A DNA stretch of 64,000 nucleotides. Origin: Eledone cirrhosa (lineage: Eukaryota). The translations under genes were made by a program, and so were the position numbers. Positions 13,205 to 24,970 of the stretch are shown piece by piece. Positions within the stretch are counted from its first letter, which is position 1; the number at the start of each line of letters is the position of its first letter. The stretch lies in contig OZ024742.1 of the NCBI GenBank assembly GCA_964016885.1, forward strand, positions 116,250,001-116,314,000. Reading direction: 5' to 3'. The notes under the pieces were generated by a model. It was not told where the DNA came from. It did not search any database and saw nothing but the letters and a program-made list of their open reading frames with translations.

Positions 13205-16200
13205 TTTTGATAACTTTGATAACTTTGATAGGTTTCGGCCAGTACTGGCCCAGGCCATGTCTAACTTAATAGCACCACTTGTCGAAGTCTTACAAATTAG
13301 TGTTTGGGCACCATGGCCCTTTTGAGCAGAGAGTTATTGTTCACGGAGGCCTAACCGGGTGTAAGAGGCTTATCCGGGATTTCTTGAAGGGATTTATCCA
13401 AAGACTTCTTGAAATTGATGCGGTCTGTTTCAGCTTTGATGTGTTTTGGTGTAATGTTAAAGAGAGCAGGGGCAATTGAGGTAAAATAATTGTGCTGTAT
13501 TGTTGTTATGAGATGCGAGTGAAATTGTTGTCGTGGGCAGATAGCACGGGGCAAAGCCTTGGGTGTACATGAAAGGTGATGTCAACATCATTTGGGCAAA
13601 GCTCATGGATTATTTCAGATAATGTAGCGCTCACGGCGACGTTGGAGTCAATAATGGTTGAGCTTTTCTAATCGCCTCAATAGTCAAGGCCTGTCATGCC
13701 ATCTATCTTTTTTGTAATTGACCTTTGGGGTGCTTCAACTTTCATGATACTTTCTTCCATGCGGGGAGACCACAGTGGACAACAGTATTCAAGGTGGGGT
13801 CGGGCAAAAGTGGAGAAGAGCAGGATAACAGTGTGGATATCTCTCGACTGGAAAGTTCTGAGAATCCATGAACACATTCTGCGGGCCATATCGACTTTGC
13901 TGTTTATATGAGTGGCCCGGCTTATCGTGTTGTCCACAATTACTCCCAGGCCTCTGATGTTATTGGATGCCACTAGAGTTTCACCCGAAGGAAGAGTGTA
14001 TGGTAGTTTCAGGGCATCTTTTCTGCCCATTGGATAACAGCCAGTAGGTATGGCTGAAGGCAAGTCCGGTCACCCACCTCATTAATGACCTTTTGGCGCT
14101 TGGAATCATCTGCGAAGATTCTTATGTTACTGTGCTTGATGATGTCAGTAATGTCATTAATGTAGATGATGAAAAGAAGTGGGCCAACACAGTGCCTTGT
14201 GGGACGCCACTGCTGACTTTGGCAGGGCCTCATTTTACTCCTTCGACTACAACATGCTGGGTTATGTCTGTCAGAAAACATTTAATCCACTGTAGTAATC
14301 TTATAGAGACACCAACATTGGATAGTTTTTTCAGTAGAATCTTATGATCAACCCTGTCAAAGGCATTGCTGAAACCAAGGTAGATGATATCAGTGTTGGA
14401 GCCCTCTCCCAAGGCACTCAAAACATCGTCAAAGTGATGCAGGAGCTGCGTTAGACAGTCCCTTCCATTACGGAAACATGTTGGTTGGAGTTCAGCAGAC
14501 CGTTGCTTTCAAGAAAGTGGGTTATACGTGATCTCACCACCCTCTCAAATACCTTGATAATATGAGAGTAGAATGAGATGAGACGGTAGTTCACTGCAAG
14601 GGACTTATTTCCCTTTTTGAAGACTGGGACAACGAACTGGGACAGAAAGTTTTCAGGAATATAGCCAGTGTCCAGTGAGTTCCTCCAGAGATTAGCAAGA
14701 GGAGATGCAAGTTGGTGTCGACACATCTTCAGGACACAAGCGGGAACCTGTTGGGGCCTACTGCTGAATTGTGTTTAATTTCGTTTATTGCCGCTAAGAC
14801 ATCAGAGGCGCAAAACGTTAGGTCTGATATAGTGTGTTAGGGATTAACATCGCTGATACAGCCCAGATCGGCCATATCAGGATTGCTTAAAACAGAGTGG
14901 TATTGTTTCTGCAGTATCTCGCTCATGGTTTTCGCATTGTCTTGGAGTGTACCATTTTCATCAACTAGAGGGCCAACAGTGGAGACTGGTGACCTTGTGT
15001 TTTTTAGCAAATGAAAATAACACTTTGGGGTTGAGTTTGATTTTCTCAATGGCCCACCTCTCATCAGCTATTCTCTGGTTATTGATGATAGTCATCACGG
15101 ATTGCTAGAGGTTATATGTTTTTGACTCAAGCAGGGCGATAGTCATCAAATGTGTGTGTTGCGGTTGGCAGTATTTTAGTGTGTTCATTTTTTTGTTTGT
15201 TCTTTTTATTCTTCTGATAATTGTTTTTCTGTTTTGGAGGATACTGCACTTGGTTTTCTTCACAGATTTTGGTGGGGTGTGTTTTGTATTTATAGTTGTG
15301 ACAGTTTCTACAAAGATCTGCCAAGATGTTTTGTTGTTGGTGGAAATGTGTCCGTGTGTAAAAGACCAGTCAACGTGATAGTTCGTTCAAATTGCATCCC
15401 AGTTATCAAATGGGTGGGCTGGAAAGAGAGAGTACACTGGGATTAGCTTTCGGCTGGTGGAATTTCAGGTTACAAAGAACCATGTCATGGTCTGAGAGAA
15501 GGGATTTTTCCACTGTAATAATATGGTTAGTTTTAGTGTGGTTACTAAACACTAGATCCAGAATGTTCTTCTGATGCCTTGTTGGTGCAAGGACAAGAAG
15601 TGACTCGACAGATTCTTTGTTAGTGGTTGAGGTCGGGGTGCCTGGTTTCAAACTACATGTTGACCAATCGACACAGGGTAGATTAAAGTCTCCCATCCAA
15701 AGTATGTTGCTAGAATGGCACTGTTTAATAAAGCCTTTAATGCTGTTGAGGCATACTTTGAAGCAGATTATGTGTGTTTGTGGTGGCCTATATAGCCCAA
15801 CTAATGTCAGGTTATTGGCTTTATTGTGCACAGTGACTGATTCACAGTATCCATTAGAGAATGTTGTGTTGCCATCTGCCGTAAAGGAATCATGCAGGAA
15901 AATGGCAGTTCCACCCTCCTTCTGCCAACACGATCCGCACGGATGGTTGTGAAATTCCTCACTCTTACTTCAGCCTCCAAGTGGGTGTTGTCAAGTTGGG
16001 TCTCAGTAAGAATGAAGAAGGGGATGTGAAACGGATGGTTACCAACCCAATCCTCAATGAATTGGATCTTCCATTTCTGTGCATTGATGGATGGGCTGCT
16101 ACCTTGAATATTGAGTAAAAATTGGAGGCTAGTGTGGTGGCTAGTTTTGACAGTTGCAGGGTGCTTGTTATGTGATTGTGTGTTAGTGACAGCAAAGATG

Positions 16201-16380
16201 GGATTGGGTGATGGCTAAAATGTTTTTCTCTATCTCTTTTGCCAGATTCATGGCTAAAAAAGAAAATGTTTCTTGTTCAGGGAGCAGTTTTTGATTGGAT
16301 TTGTGTTACACCATTGTATAGGGTTGCAGTTCCATCTTTTGTTGTTGCTGTTGTTGTAATCGTGTCTTTGTGAGAGACTG
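13205..16380 (-). mobile_element. Decayed CR1/Jockey-group LINE (APE endonuclease plus RT)
   Basis: Fragments include VGLYRPP, MGDFNLP, ILDLVFSN, SDH (EN); NYRLIS, NAFDRVDH, LLFIIYINDI, IFADDSK (RT); and RPHLEYCCPLWSP. The 3' tail is a short tandem repeat (TATCAAAGT)n at about 13205-13232. Confidence 0.88.
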
Positions 16381-16743
16381 ATGTATATATATATATATTT
16401 GTAGTGAACGTATTTGGTTGAAACTCTGGATGTATGTTTATATATAATACAAATATATACATAAAACAAATATATACATTTATTTTTCTAAACGAAATAT
16501 GAACAGATCTTCTTCAACAATTAATATTTAAATTCTAATTGTAATATCTAATATTTGATATGATGGATTCCATCAAAACCGGTAATATTTGATATATTTC
16601 ATAAAACACCTTGATTTAAAACAAAATGTTTTTCTCCTTTTTCCAATAATGACACTTTGACGGATTAAAGAATACAACACATATTCTTTAAACATACTTC
16701 CCTGCTGTTTCTAGTTTCACTTTTTTACCCTTCCCTCTGTCCA

Positions 16744-16914
<171 letters not shown>

Positions 16915-18424
16915 CACATGAGTGAATAATAATAATATTGTAATAATATTATAATATTACTAATATTCGGATTGTTTACAACACTGTGTTGTAGCGATTA
17001 CTATGTCATCAATCTGTTCCAGCAGTAGCTGAGAGAAAACTATCGATAATTTACAGTTGTTACTTGTTTCAATGTGTCTTGTTCCTGGTCAAGATTGCGT
17101 ATTATCTCGTCTCAGCTATCCCCTGTAACTGCTGAGAATAAATATTATCCTCAAATATATACATAGGCTGATCAGCCTCATTTGCGTACCGAGAAATTTT
17201 AAGGCCAGCTTTGTTTTCGTTCTTAATGTGGTGGATACCTAATGGAGACGTTGCAGTACCCTTATGTATTACGGTGATTTCTGGAATTTTTAAAGCCGAT
17301 AAAACCCATCCATCGTTATGTCGCAAAACAACTGTATTCATGTAAATAACCGTGGAAAGGGAGTGAAAAAAAAAAACAATTAATCCGGCAGTGGACTTTA
17401 TATATCAACCCCGAAAAAATAAAAGGTAAGACTGAAAATGGTGGATTTTGAGCTCAAATGAAACAAAACCCACAAGGCTGTTACACCTTTGCCAGAACGA
17501 CTATCTTAGTTGATCAATCTGTGTCTTCATTAGCGCGCCGTTCTAGAGTCACTGAAGTGCGAGACCTCAGCATCGTAATTAATGTTAGGTCAAATGCAGC
17601 TTCAACAGAGGATGGAATTTGAACTAAGAAAGCAACGATCAGATAGTGCAAACATTATCAGATATTCTAACCAGCCCACCATGCCGCCGCCTCTGCTGTG
17701 GTATTATATTTATTTATCAAGGAAAGCCGAGCACTAAGCCCGGAGAGCTGTTGCAGATAATGACTCTGCAAACCCACCATTCTTAGTGGATACGTATGAG
17801 CATATTAGAGATTAATTAAATACATTTTAGATAAAAATATGTTACCATATATACCAGTTACTGATGTTACACTATGAGGGACATGTTATGAAAATAAAAT
17901 CACTGTAGCCGACATTACATATTAATTTTGTGGTGACAAACCTTCTTTTGCTTGAGAAACTAATTAATTAGAAGATTTATATTGATACCGTATGATCCAT
18001 CCCTAAGCACCGTCTACTCACATTAATTATTAATACTTCCGAAGAAATAGTAATATTGTAACACTGTCATTATACGTTTTAATAACATAGCCTGAGACAT
18101 AAACGTTATTATGCTTCCTGGTAGCATTGGTTATACACGTTATTCTTACTAACATCTGTAATCTTCAACAGACCGCCATAAATACGTTTAGGTATACAAA
18201 TGCATGCATGCAAAACTGCAAAACACACAGAGAGACACCAACCGCAAATAAACACAAACGCGCGCATGCAATGTATGTGTGTGTAAGTGTGTGTGAGTGT
18301 GTGTGTGTGTATAAATAAACTTATATGTGTTTTTGTATACATTATTTCGTAAATGTTTGCGTATATTAGATCATGCTTTGAAGAACTACGAACAGTGGTG
18401 GGAGAAAGATGACTAAACTTCAAA

Positions 18425-18610
18425 GTGGCATGCTTATCGGTAAGGGGTCGGACGTCATGATTTGCAACATAGAGTTACGGGATTTTATGGTCTGAGTTAA
18501 AATCCCGCCGAGGTTAACTTTGCCTTTCCTCCTAGCAGGGTCGATAAAATAAAGTACCAGTAATACACTGGGATATATTGCTGGCCTTGTGCAAAAAGTA
18601 GAAACCATTA
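18425..18610 (+). mobile_element. tRNA-derived SINE (central domain resembling Meta-type SINE core)
   Basis: Degenerate B box (GAGTTAAAATCC), core GAGGTTAACTTTGCCTTTC...GGGTCGATAAAATAAAGTACCAG, tail CCTTGTGCAAAAAGTAGAAAC. Several related copies occur in the window. Confidence 0.8.
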
Positions 18611-18618
18611 TAGATAAT

Positions 18619-18800
18619 TGTTTCTACTTTAGGCACAAGACCAGCAATTACCCTGTTCATTACTGGTACTTTATTTTATCGACCCCGTAAGGATGAAAGG
18701 CAAAGTCAACCTCGGCTGGATTTGAACTCAGATCGTAAATGGACGTAACTATGCTGGAAAGCATGGCGTCCGACCCTCTACCGATACTGCCAATCCACCA
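18619..18800 (-). mobile_element. tRNA-derived SINE, same family
   Basis: Minus strand shows A-box-like TGGCAGTATCGG, B box GAGTTCAAATCC, core and tail. Flanked by AAAC(C/A)ATTATAGATAAT repeats. Confidence 0.85.
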
Positions 18801-18817
18801 AAACAATTATAGATAAT

Positions 18818-19000
18818 TGTTTCTACTTTTGGCACAAGGCCAGCAATTACCCAGTGTGTTACTGGTACTTTATTTTATCGACCCCGTAAGGATGAAAGGC
18901 AAAGTTAACCTCGGCAGGATTTGAACTCAGAATGACAAGGGCCATAACTCTATGCGTGAAAGCATAGCGTCCGACTCTCTACCGACACTGCCAATCCACC
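18818..19000 (-). mobile_element. tRNA-derived SINE, same family
   Basis: Same A/B boxes and core. TSD TATAGATAAT at 18808-18817 and 19001-19010. Confidence 0.85.
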
Positions 19001-19341
19001 TATAGATAATATTAGTATTTCAGCCAAGCAATGCAGGAAACTGCTACCCTTCAGAGTTACGAATGATGGTCGCTGCTCTGTGTGTTTATTCTGTGCTACC
19101 CAATGTACAGCTGTGAAACACTCATAAGAAGTCAATGATTGAGGATTATTTGCACCAAGGGAAAGATGGCTAACAAGCTGGAAATATGAAACGTGGTTAC
19201 ATCACCACAATAATGACTGAACATGGTGCAATACTGGGCCTGCCGCAGCCCATTGAGATGAGTGAACGTGATTCCCAAACTGACATCAACCAACCTGGTT
19301 TTAATTCTCTTACTAAAGAGGAGTATAAAGATAAAGTGAAA

Positions 19342-19431
19342 GTTATATGGTGCGTGCGTTCATGTGGCAAAATGACCAGCCCCAAATATAACAGTATCGC
19401 TTTAAATGTTCAAATCAAGATTATTGCTGAG

Positions 19432-19496
<65 letters not shown>

Positions 19497-19695
19497 GTTA
19501 TTCCGGGTTGAATCGGAGGTAACCACAGTAAGTAAGGTACTCAATACATAGCAGAGTATAAAAGTTTTAATATAGATGAGATTCTACAGGACTAGAACTA
19601 TTTCATTCATTAGAAATCATCAGGAATCCCTGATTCCTGATTATTTCTAATGAATGAAATAGTTCTAGTCCTGTAGAATCTCATCTATATTAAAA

Positions 19696-19780
<85 letters not shown>

Positions 19781-19869
19781 TCAGCAGTGATCTTGATTTG
19801 AAAATTTAAAGCGATGCTGTTATATTTGTGGATGGTCATTTTGCCAATTGAACGCACGCACCATATAAC
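19342..19869. repeat. Inverted repeat, about 92-bp arms (19342-19433 and 19778-19869), enclosing (TA)n tracts
   Basis: GTTATATGGTGCGTGCGTTCA...TTGCTGAGCA and TGCTCAGCA...TGAACGCACGCACCATATAAC. Confidence 0.85.
19581..19627 (-). ncRNA. Minimal type-I hammerhead ribozyme motif
   Basis: Minus strand: ATTC CTGATGA TTTC TAAT GAAT GAAA TAG TTCTAGTC CTG TA GAAT. Stem I ATTC/GAAT, intact CUGAUGA and GAAA boxes, GUA cleavage triplet. The inverted copy at 19633-19679 has CTGATTA. Confidence 0.65.
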
Positions 19870-19890
19870 ATTTGATATATATATATATAC

Positions 19891-19969
<79 letters not shown>

Positions 19970-20124
19970 AAAATGTTAGACCCCTACGGCAGAGCTCAAG
20001 CCGTCGAAATGGCTTGAGCTCTGCCGTCGGGGGCTAACATTTTCCTATTACCCACTCTACTACCCTAAGTATTGAGTACTCTGGTGCGTTATGGTCCATC
20101 TGGTTCCTTACCACACTTCCTTCG

Positions 20125-20128
<4 letters not shown>
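19970..20128 (+). mobile_element. Short palindromic PLE-tail-like element between (TA)n tracts
   Basis: Near-perfect hairpin at about 19970-20043 (ACGGCAGAGCTCAAGCCGTCGAAATGGCTTGAGCTCTGCCGT) plus a tail matching 35550-35625. Confidence 0.7.
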
Positions 20129-20174
<46 letters not shown>

Positions 20175-20524
20175 TGGGGACATAATGTTATCACCTGATA
20201 CTGAAGCATGAGCATCACGGACGTGGCCCTTTAGTCCTGCTGGGGACTTGCCTATGACCAGCAATACCATGCAGCGTATGAAATTTCACATATCAAGTGA
20301 TGCCTGTGCTTGAAGCTTTTTTAAGTGAGGAAAGACTTTGCACGGGACAAATCGCACTCTCTAAACTGGTTTACATCATTAGATGCAAACGAATGTGCAG
20401 GTTTGTCACCTTCTCAATTAAATTATATAAATGTTTAATTAAACTATCTCTGTGATTGCTATAGAAAATAATATATACTGATTAATTTTGATATAGTATA
20501 TAAGTATAATTAGCTAATGCATAA

Positions 20525-22265
20525 CACCGTGTAACATATTTTTTTGTTCCCCGATTCTAAGTGTAATTTCATGGTTTGTTATAGCCCATTATTATCAAAA
20601 AACACTATTATTTAATCAGAATTTTGGGTTTGTGGTCATGAGTTTGATATTTGGAAATGTTAATATTTTTCAAGAAAAAACACATTTTTTAAAAATTTAT
20701 CAGTTCATATAATTAAATCAACTGAGTATATATTTATTTTATTACACAAGCTTATCAAAAGCAAACAAGTAAAAACAAATAACACTTATAAAGCAACTTA
20801 TACACGTCAGAAATGACTGGATTTCCTGGATTTGCGGTTGTAGTCCAGGTCGCATTCCCGCACTAGCCCCCAAATATAGTCCCCAATCATGTTTTGATTG
20901 TAGTGGGCCTGGTACCTTCACTCTACCTCTTTCACATCTTGGTGGAATCGTTCGCCTTGTTCTTCTGAGTAGGCGCCCATACTGTCCTTGAATTGTTCCA
21001 GGTGAGCGTCCAGCATATGGAGTTTAAGCGACATCCTGCATCCCATAGCGTCAAAGGCCTTTATGAGATCCTGCAAAGGTTATTGGTAGTTTTCAGCTCT
21101 GTAGTTGCCCAGGAAGCCCTTAAAAACTGCCTTTAAACAGTTCCATGCTGTTCTCTCAATCCTATTGAGCTTATTGGAGAACTCGGTAGACTCAAACACC
21201 TTCTTTATCGAGGCGTGCAACAAAAATTCCACCTTTGATTTTGGCCTCAGATAACTTGGGGAAGAACTCAAGAAGGTAATTAAAAGCGGCTGATTCTTGG
21301 TTGAGAGCCTTCACAAACTGCTTCATCAACCCCAACTTAATGTGCAGTGGCGGCTGAGCACAGTCCTGGGATCAACCAGTGGCTCCCACATCACGTTCCG
21401 GGTCCTAACTACAAATTATGTTCGTTGCTCACAGTTCTTTCTTTTTTAGTGGACAGAGGTGGCTCTGCTATCCCAAAGGCAGAGGAAGCATTGGAATTTG
21501 ATAAAGCCTCCTTGGAGTCCAAGCAGGAAAGCCACCATCTTGAAGTTTCCAATGATTTCCCAGTTGTACTGGTTGTATTTCAGAGCTTCCAAGAGGACTT
21601 TCATACTGTAGTAATCTTCCTTCAGGCAGACTGAATGAGCTAGGGGCAGTGTCGGGAACTTGTTTACATTTTGGAGGAGGACCGCCTTCAAAGTTGTGGT
21701 GGAGCTGTCTATAAATAGCCGCCACTCCTTGGGCACAAACGGCACCCAATAACGTCAAACAGTCCAGGCACGTCATGAGAGAAGCAGAGGCCATCCCTAA
21801 GAGAGTAAAAGCCTGAGAAAGGTTCGTGTCGATGTCTCTGTCACCTGCACTTCCTCCTTAACCAAGTTCCACTGCTTCATGCTGGAGACGAATGCTTAAA
21901 ACACAACTTACCCTTTATTCAGCGTGCGAAAATCCAGTATCAATAAATCTCTTTAATCCACTTTTTAACAATTTTATACTTTATTGCATTTTTATAATTT
22001 TCTTTAGGTATTACTCTTTATTTTATAATTTAAATTTAACGTGAAACATGTATTAAAACAATCATTTAACATAAGCAAATTAAAGTTACATACAACGTAA
22101 AAAACAGCATACAAATAATTCTAGTGAATAGCTTATAATTTTTACAAACCAAAACTTTTAACTGGTTAATAGCACTTTTTTTAAATTTATTTGGGACCTA
22201 AGCAACACAAAAAAAGTGATTACAAGCCAGGAACAGAGAAAAACAATTTTTTTTGTTACACGGTA
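20525..22265 (-). mobile_element. Chapaev3-like (CMC group) DNA transposon, internally deleted
   Basis: TIRs CACCGTGTAACA and TGTTACACGGTA, with TAA on both sides (20522-24, 22266-68). Transposase motifs WRLFIDSS..LKAVLL, CFLCLWDSR, MSLKLHML..HL, SEEQGERFHQDV. Confidence 0.85.
20830..21880 (-). pseudogene. Chapaev3-type transposase, frameshifted
   Basis: ORF fragments 21446-21745 and 21080-21271, plus hand-read C-terminal motifs. Confidence 0.8.
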
Positions 22266-22719
22266 TAACCAAATACTAAAGATATTCAATTGTTTAGTTG
22301 AATTGATTGGATGCCCTATTTGATCCAGCATTTGAAAACAACGGTTTGTTCTATACTCCCCTCTTTTTGATGTTTCCATTATTTTCTTTTTTTTCCCTTT
22401 GCTCTCCTTACACCTTACTCTTTTGTCGTTATTCCTCTTTTCTTTTTTATATATTTCTTTTACTCATTCATCCTTTTATTTTTTATTTTTTATTCATTTA
22501 CCTATTTATGTATGTATTTATGTATGTATTTTTTTTTCTTGCTTTTGCTCTTCTTTACACCCACTCTCATATCTCTAATTTGCTCTATGTCTTTTTCTTC
22601 TTTAAGTTTATCATATTATTTGTGGTATATAAACATTGAGATTTGATGAAATAAATGACTGCCAATACTGGAATTGTATAATCAAGACCGTAGCGGTAGT
22701 CATATATCAAATCATATAT

Positions 22720-22779
22720 TTTATCTGATGAAGACGTACTGAAAATACAACACAGTACCTTTGAAATATATATAATAAA
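22720..22779 (+). ncRNA. Minimal type-I hammerhead ribozyme motif
   Basis: TTTAT CTGATGA AGAC GTACTG ... CAGTAC CTTT GAAA TATATA TA ATAAA. Stem I TTTAT/ATAAA, stem II GTACTG/CAGTAC, short palindromic stem III, AUA triplet. Confidence 0.75.
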
Positions 22780-23024
22780 GCATATATTTTGATTATGTGA
22801 ATATTCTTCTTTTGTTAATATTTTTAATAATATTGTATATACATATATATATATATCCAGGGAGTGTAACTTCGACTTACTGTAGGTTAACCCGGGTGAG
22901 TACTCGATGTTTAGGTTCACTTCAGTGTCGAGGCAGAGTGTATTATACATATATATATACATATATATATACATATATTCACATAATCAAAATATATGCT
23001 TTATTATATAAATAATATTATAAA

Positions 23025-23442
<418 letters not shown>

Positions 23443-23849
23443 TTACACAAATATATATATATGCGAAATATTTTAAACGATCGTGTTAACATGTCGTAAT
23501 CTACAAATATGTTTCTGAATATATACAGAGTTAATATAACTTTTCTCTTAGAAATATTTGTTTTTATATTTGAAAAAAATATTATTTATCGTTGTAAGAG
23601 ATCATTTTATATGTGTAAATTTTACATATGTTTATATATTATATTCATATTTGTGCATACTTTTTATGTAATGTGATGTAGTCTGTCGGAGTAATTAAGT
23701 TAGGAGATGTGTATGTCATATATGAAGTATTCTGTTGCGAATGAATTAGTAATATTCCTAGCTATCTTAAGATTTATACCGGTTCCTTTGATGACGTATT
23801 TTGGCCTATTTAATTATTATTTTGGTGGTGAATTTGCCTTACTTGTTCT

Positions 23850-24180
23850 GGATCACTGCTCTTTCAATTCCATGACACGCTCGGTCAACTGTTTTTTTTT
23901 TTTCATCCTTTTAGGTTGGATGGATAATTGTACCAATCCATGCATTTTAAGATATTTAGACGAAATGATTTGCCAGTTTGTTTCAGCTTTATGTGTTCTG
24001 ACTTCAATACCACCGTGACCTGAACCCTTGGTCACCTCCATTCGATGTCTTGTTAAATAACACCACCTGACTCTTGGATGCTTTCACTTTACGGTTTGAT
24101 GATACCCTCCTCCAATCTCAAAAAATAAGTGGCAACTATAGCCCTTCCTTCCTTGACGAAAACGCAAAAGTGTCCAAAGC
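23850..24180 (-). mobile_element. Possible decayed Tc1/mariner transposase fragment
   Basis: Weak resemblance of WQIISSKYLKMHGLVQ...QLTERV to the mariner HTH/linker region. No catalytic motifs seen. Confidence 0.25.
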
Positions 24181-24811
24181 TAATCTTCTTTGTTTATATG
24201 ATTACTTTCGAAGTCGAAATATGTTTTAGAAACGTTTTTATTTTCATTTTTAAATTAAGTATATTTAATTAGTGTCTTAAACAAAACTTCTAAATCTAAG
24301 CTACACGCTCGTGGTAAGATAACGTTTAATGTGATGTCTTATGTGTCTTACATCTATCAACAAAATATTTTTTTAATGGAATAAAGCCATAAAAGGACAT
24401 ATCTATAATGCATAGACGTCTGGGAGGTTTCTCTATATAATGTATTTTCACTTGACGTGATGATATGTATTTAATATATAGTGACGCATTAAATGAAGCT
24501 TTCCTGATAATTTGTCATAATGCACAGTGAAGATATTTAACAGTGTTTACATAACTGCCAATTTACTGGAAATTTATTACACCATGTTATCATAAACGAC
24601 AAATAGAATTACACAACAGATAATGTAAATGTAGAACTTTAGATATTATGAGTGAAATAGATGTTCAAAGATGGTCATGGCTGGAGGATCTTTGATCATT
24701 GGGCAGATAGACCTCTGCTAAATTGAGATTAAACAGCAGTAACTGCCAATATATCAATATATATATATATATACATATCTTGCTAGCGTGTGAGTGCATG
24801 TGTGTGTGGAT

Positions 24812-24970
24812 GCAGCATAGCCGAATGGTTTAGAAGTTCGCCTTAAAAACAGAATTCTCAGGGGAAGATTCAATTACGCTGCATCTTGGATAAGTATTTT
24901 TATTATAGGTTTAGGGCAAACCAAGCCCTTTCAATGATCGATAGGAGAAATTTGATCGGAAACTCATCGT
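24812..24970 (+). mobile_element. Degenerate tRNA-like SINE, second family
   Basis: A-box-like TAGCCGAATGG followed by CATCTTGGATAAGT...AAACCAAGCCCTT, heavily diverged. Confidence 0.4.

Noticed and set aside
16545-16595. Hammerhead-like TTGATATGATGGATTCCATCAAAACCGGTA (similar weak cases at about 7520, 34150-34200 and 36185-36220)
   Set aside because: One or both core boxes are broken, so they are too degenerate to call.
17102-17341. 79-aa ORF as a host exon
   Set aside because: No recognisable domain. SALKIPEITVIHKG resembles a decayed LINE RT motif at best.
18425-19000. tRNA genes
   Set aside because: A/B boxes are present but there is no cloverleaf. These are SINE heads.
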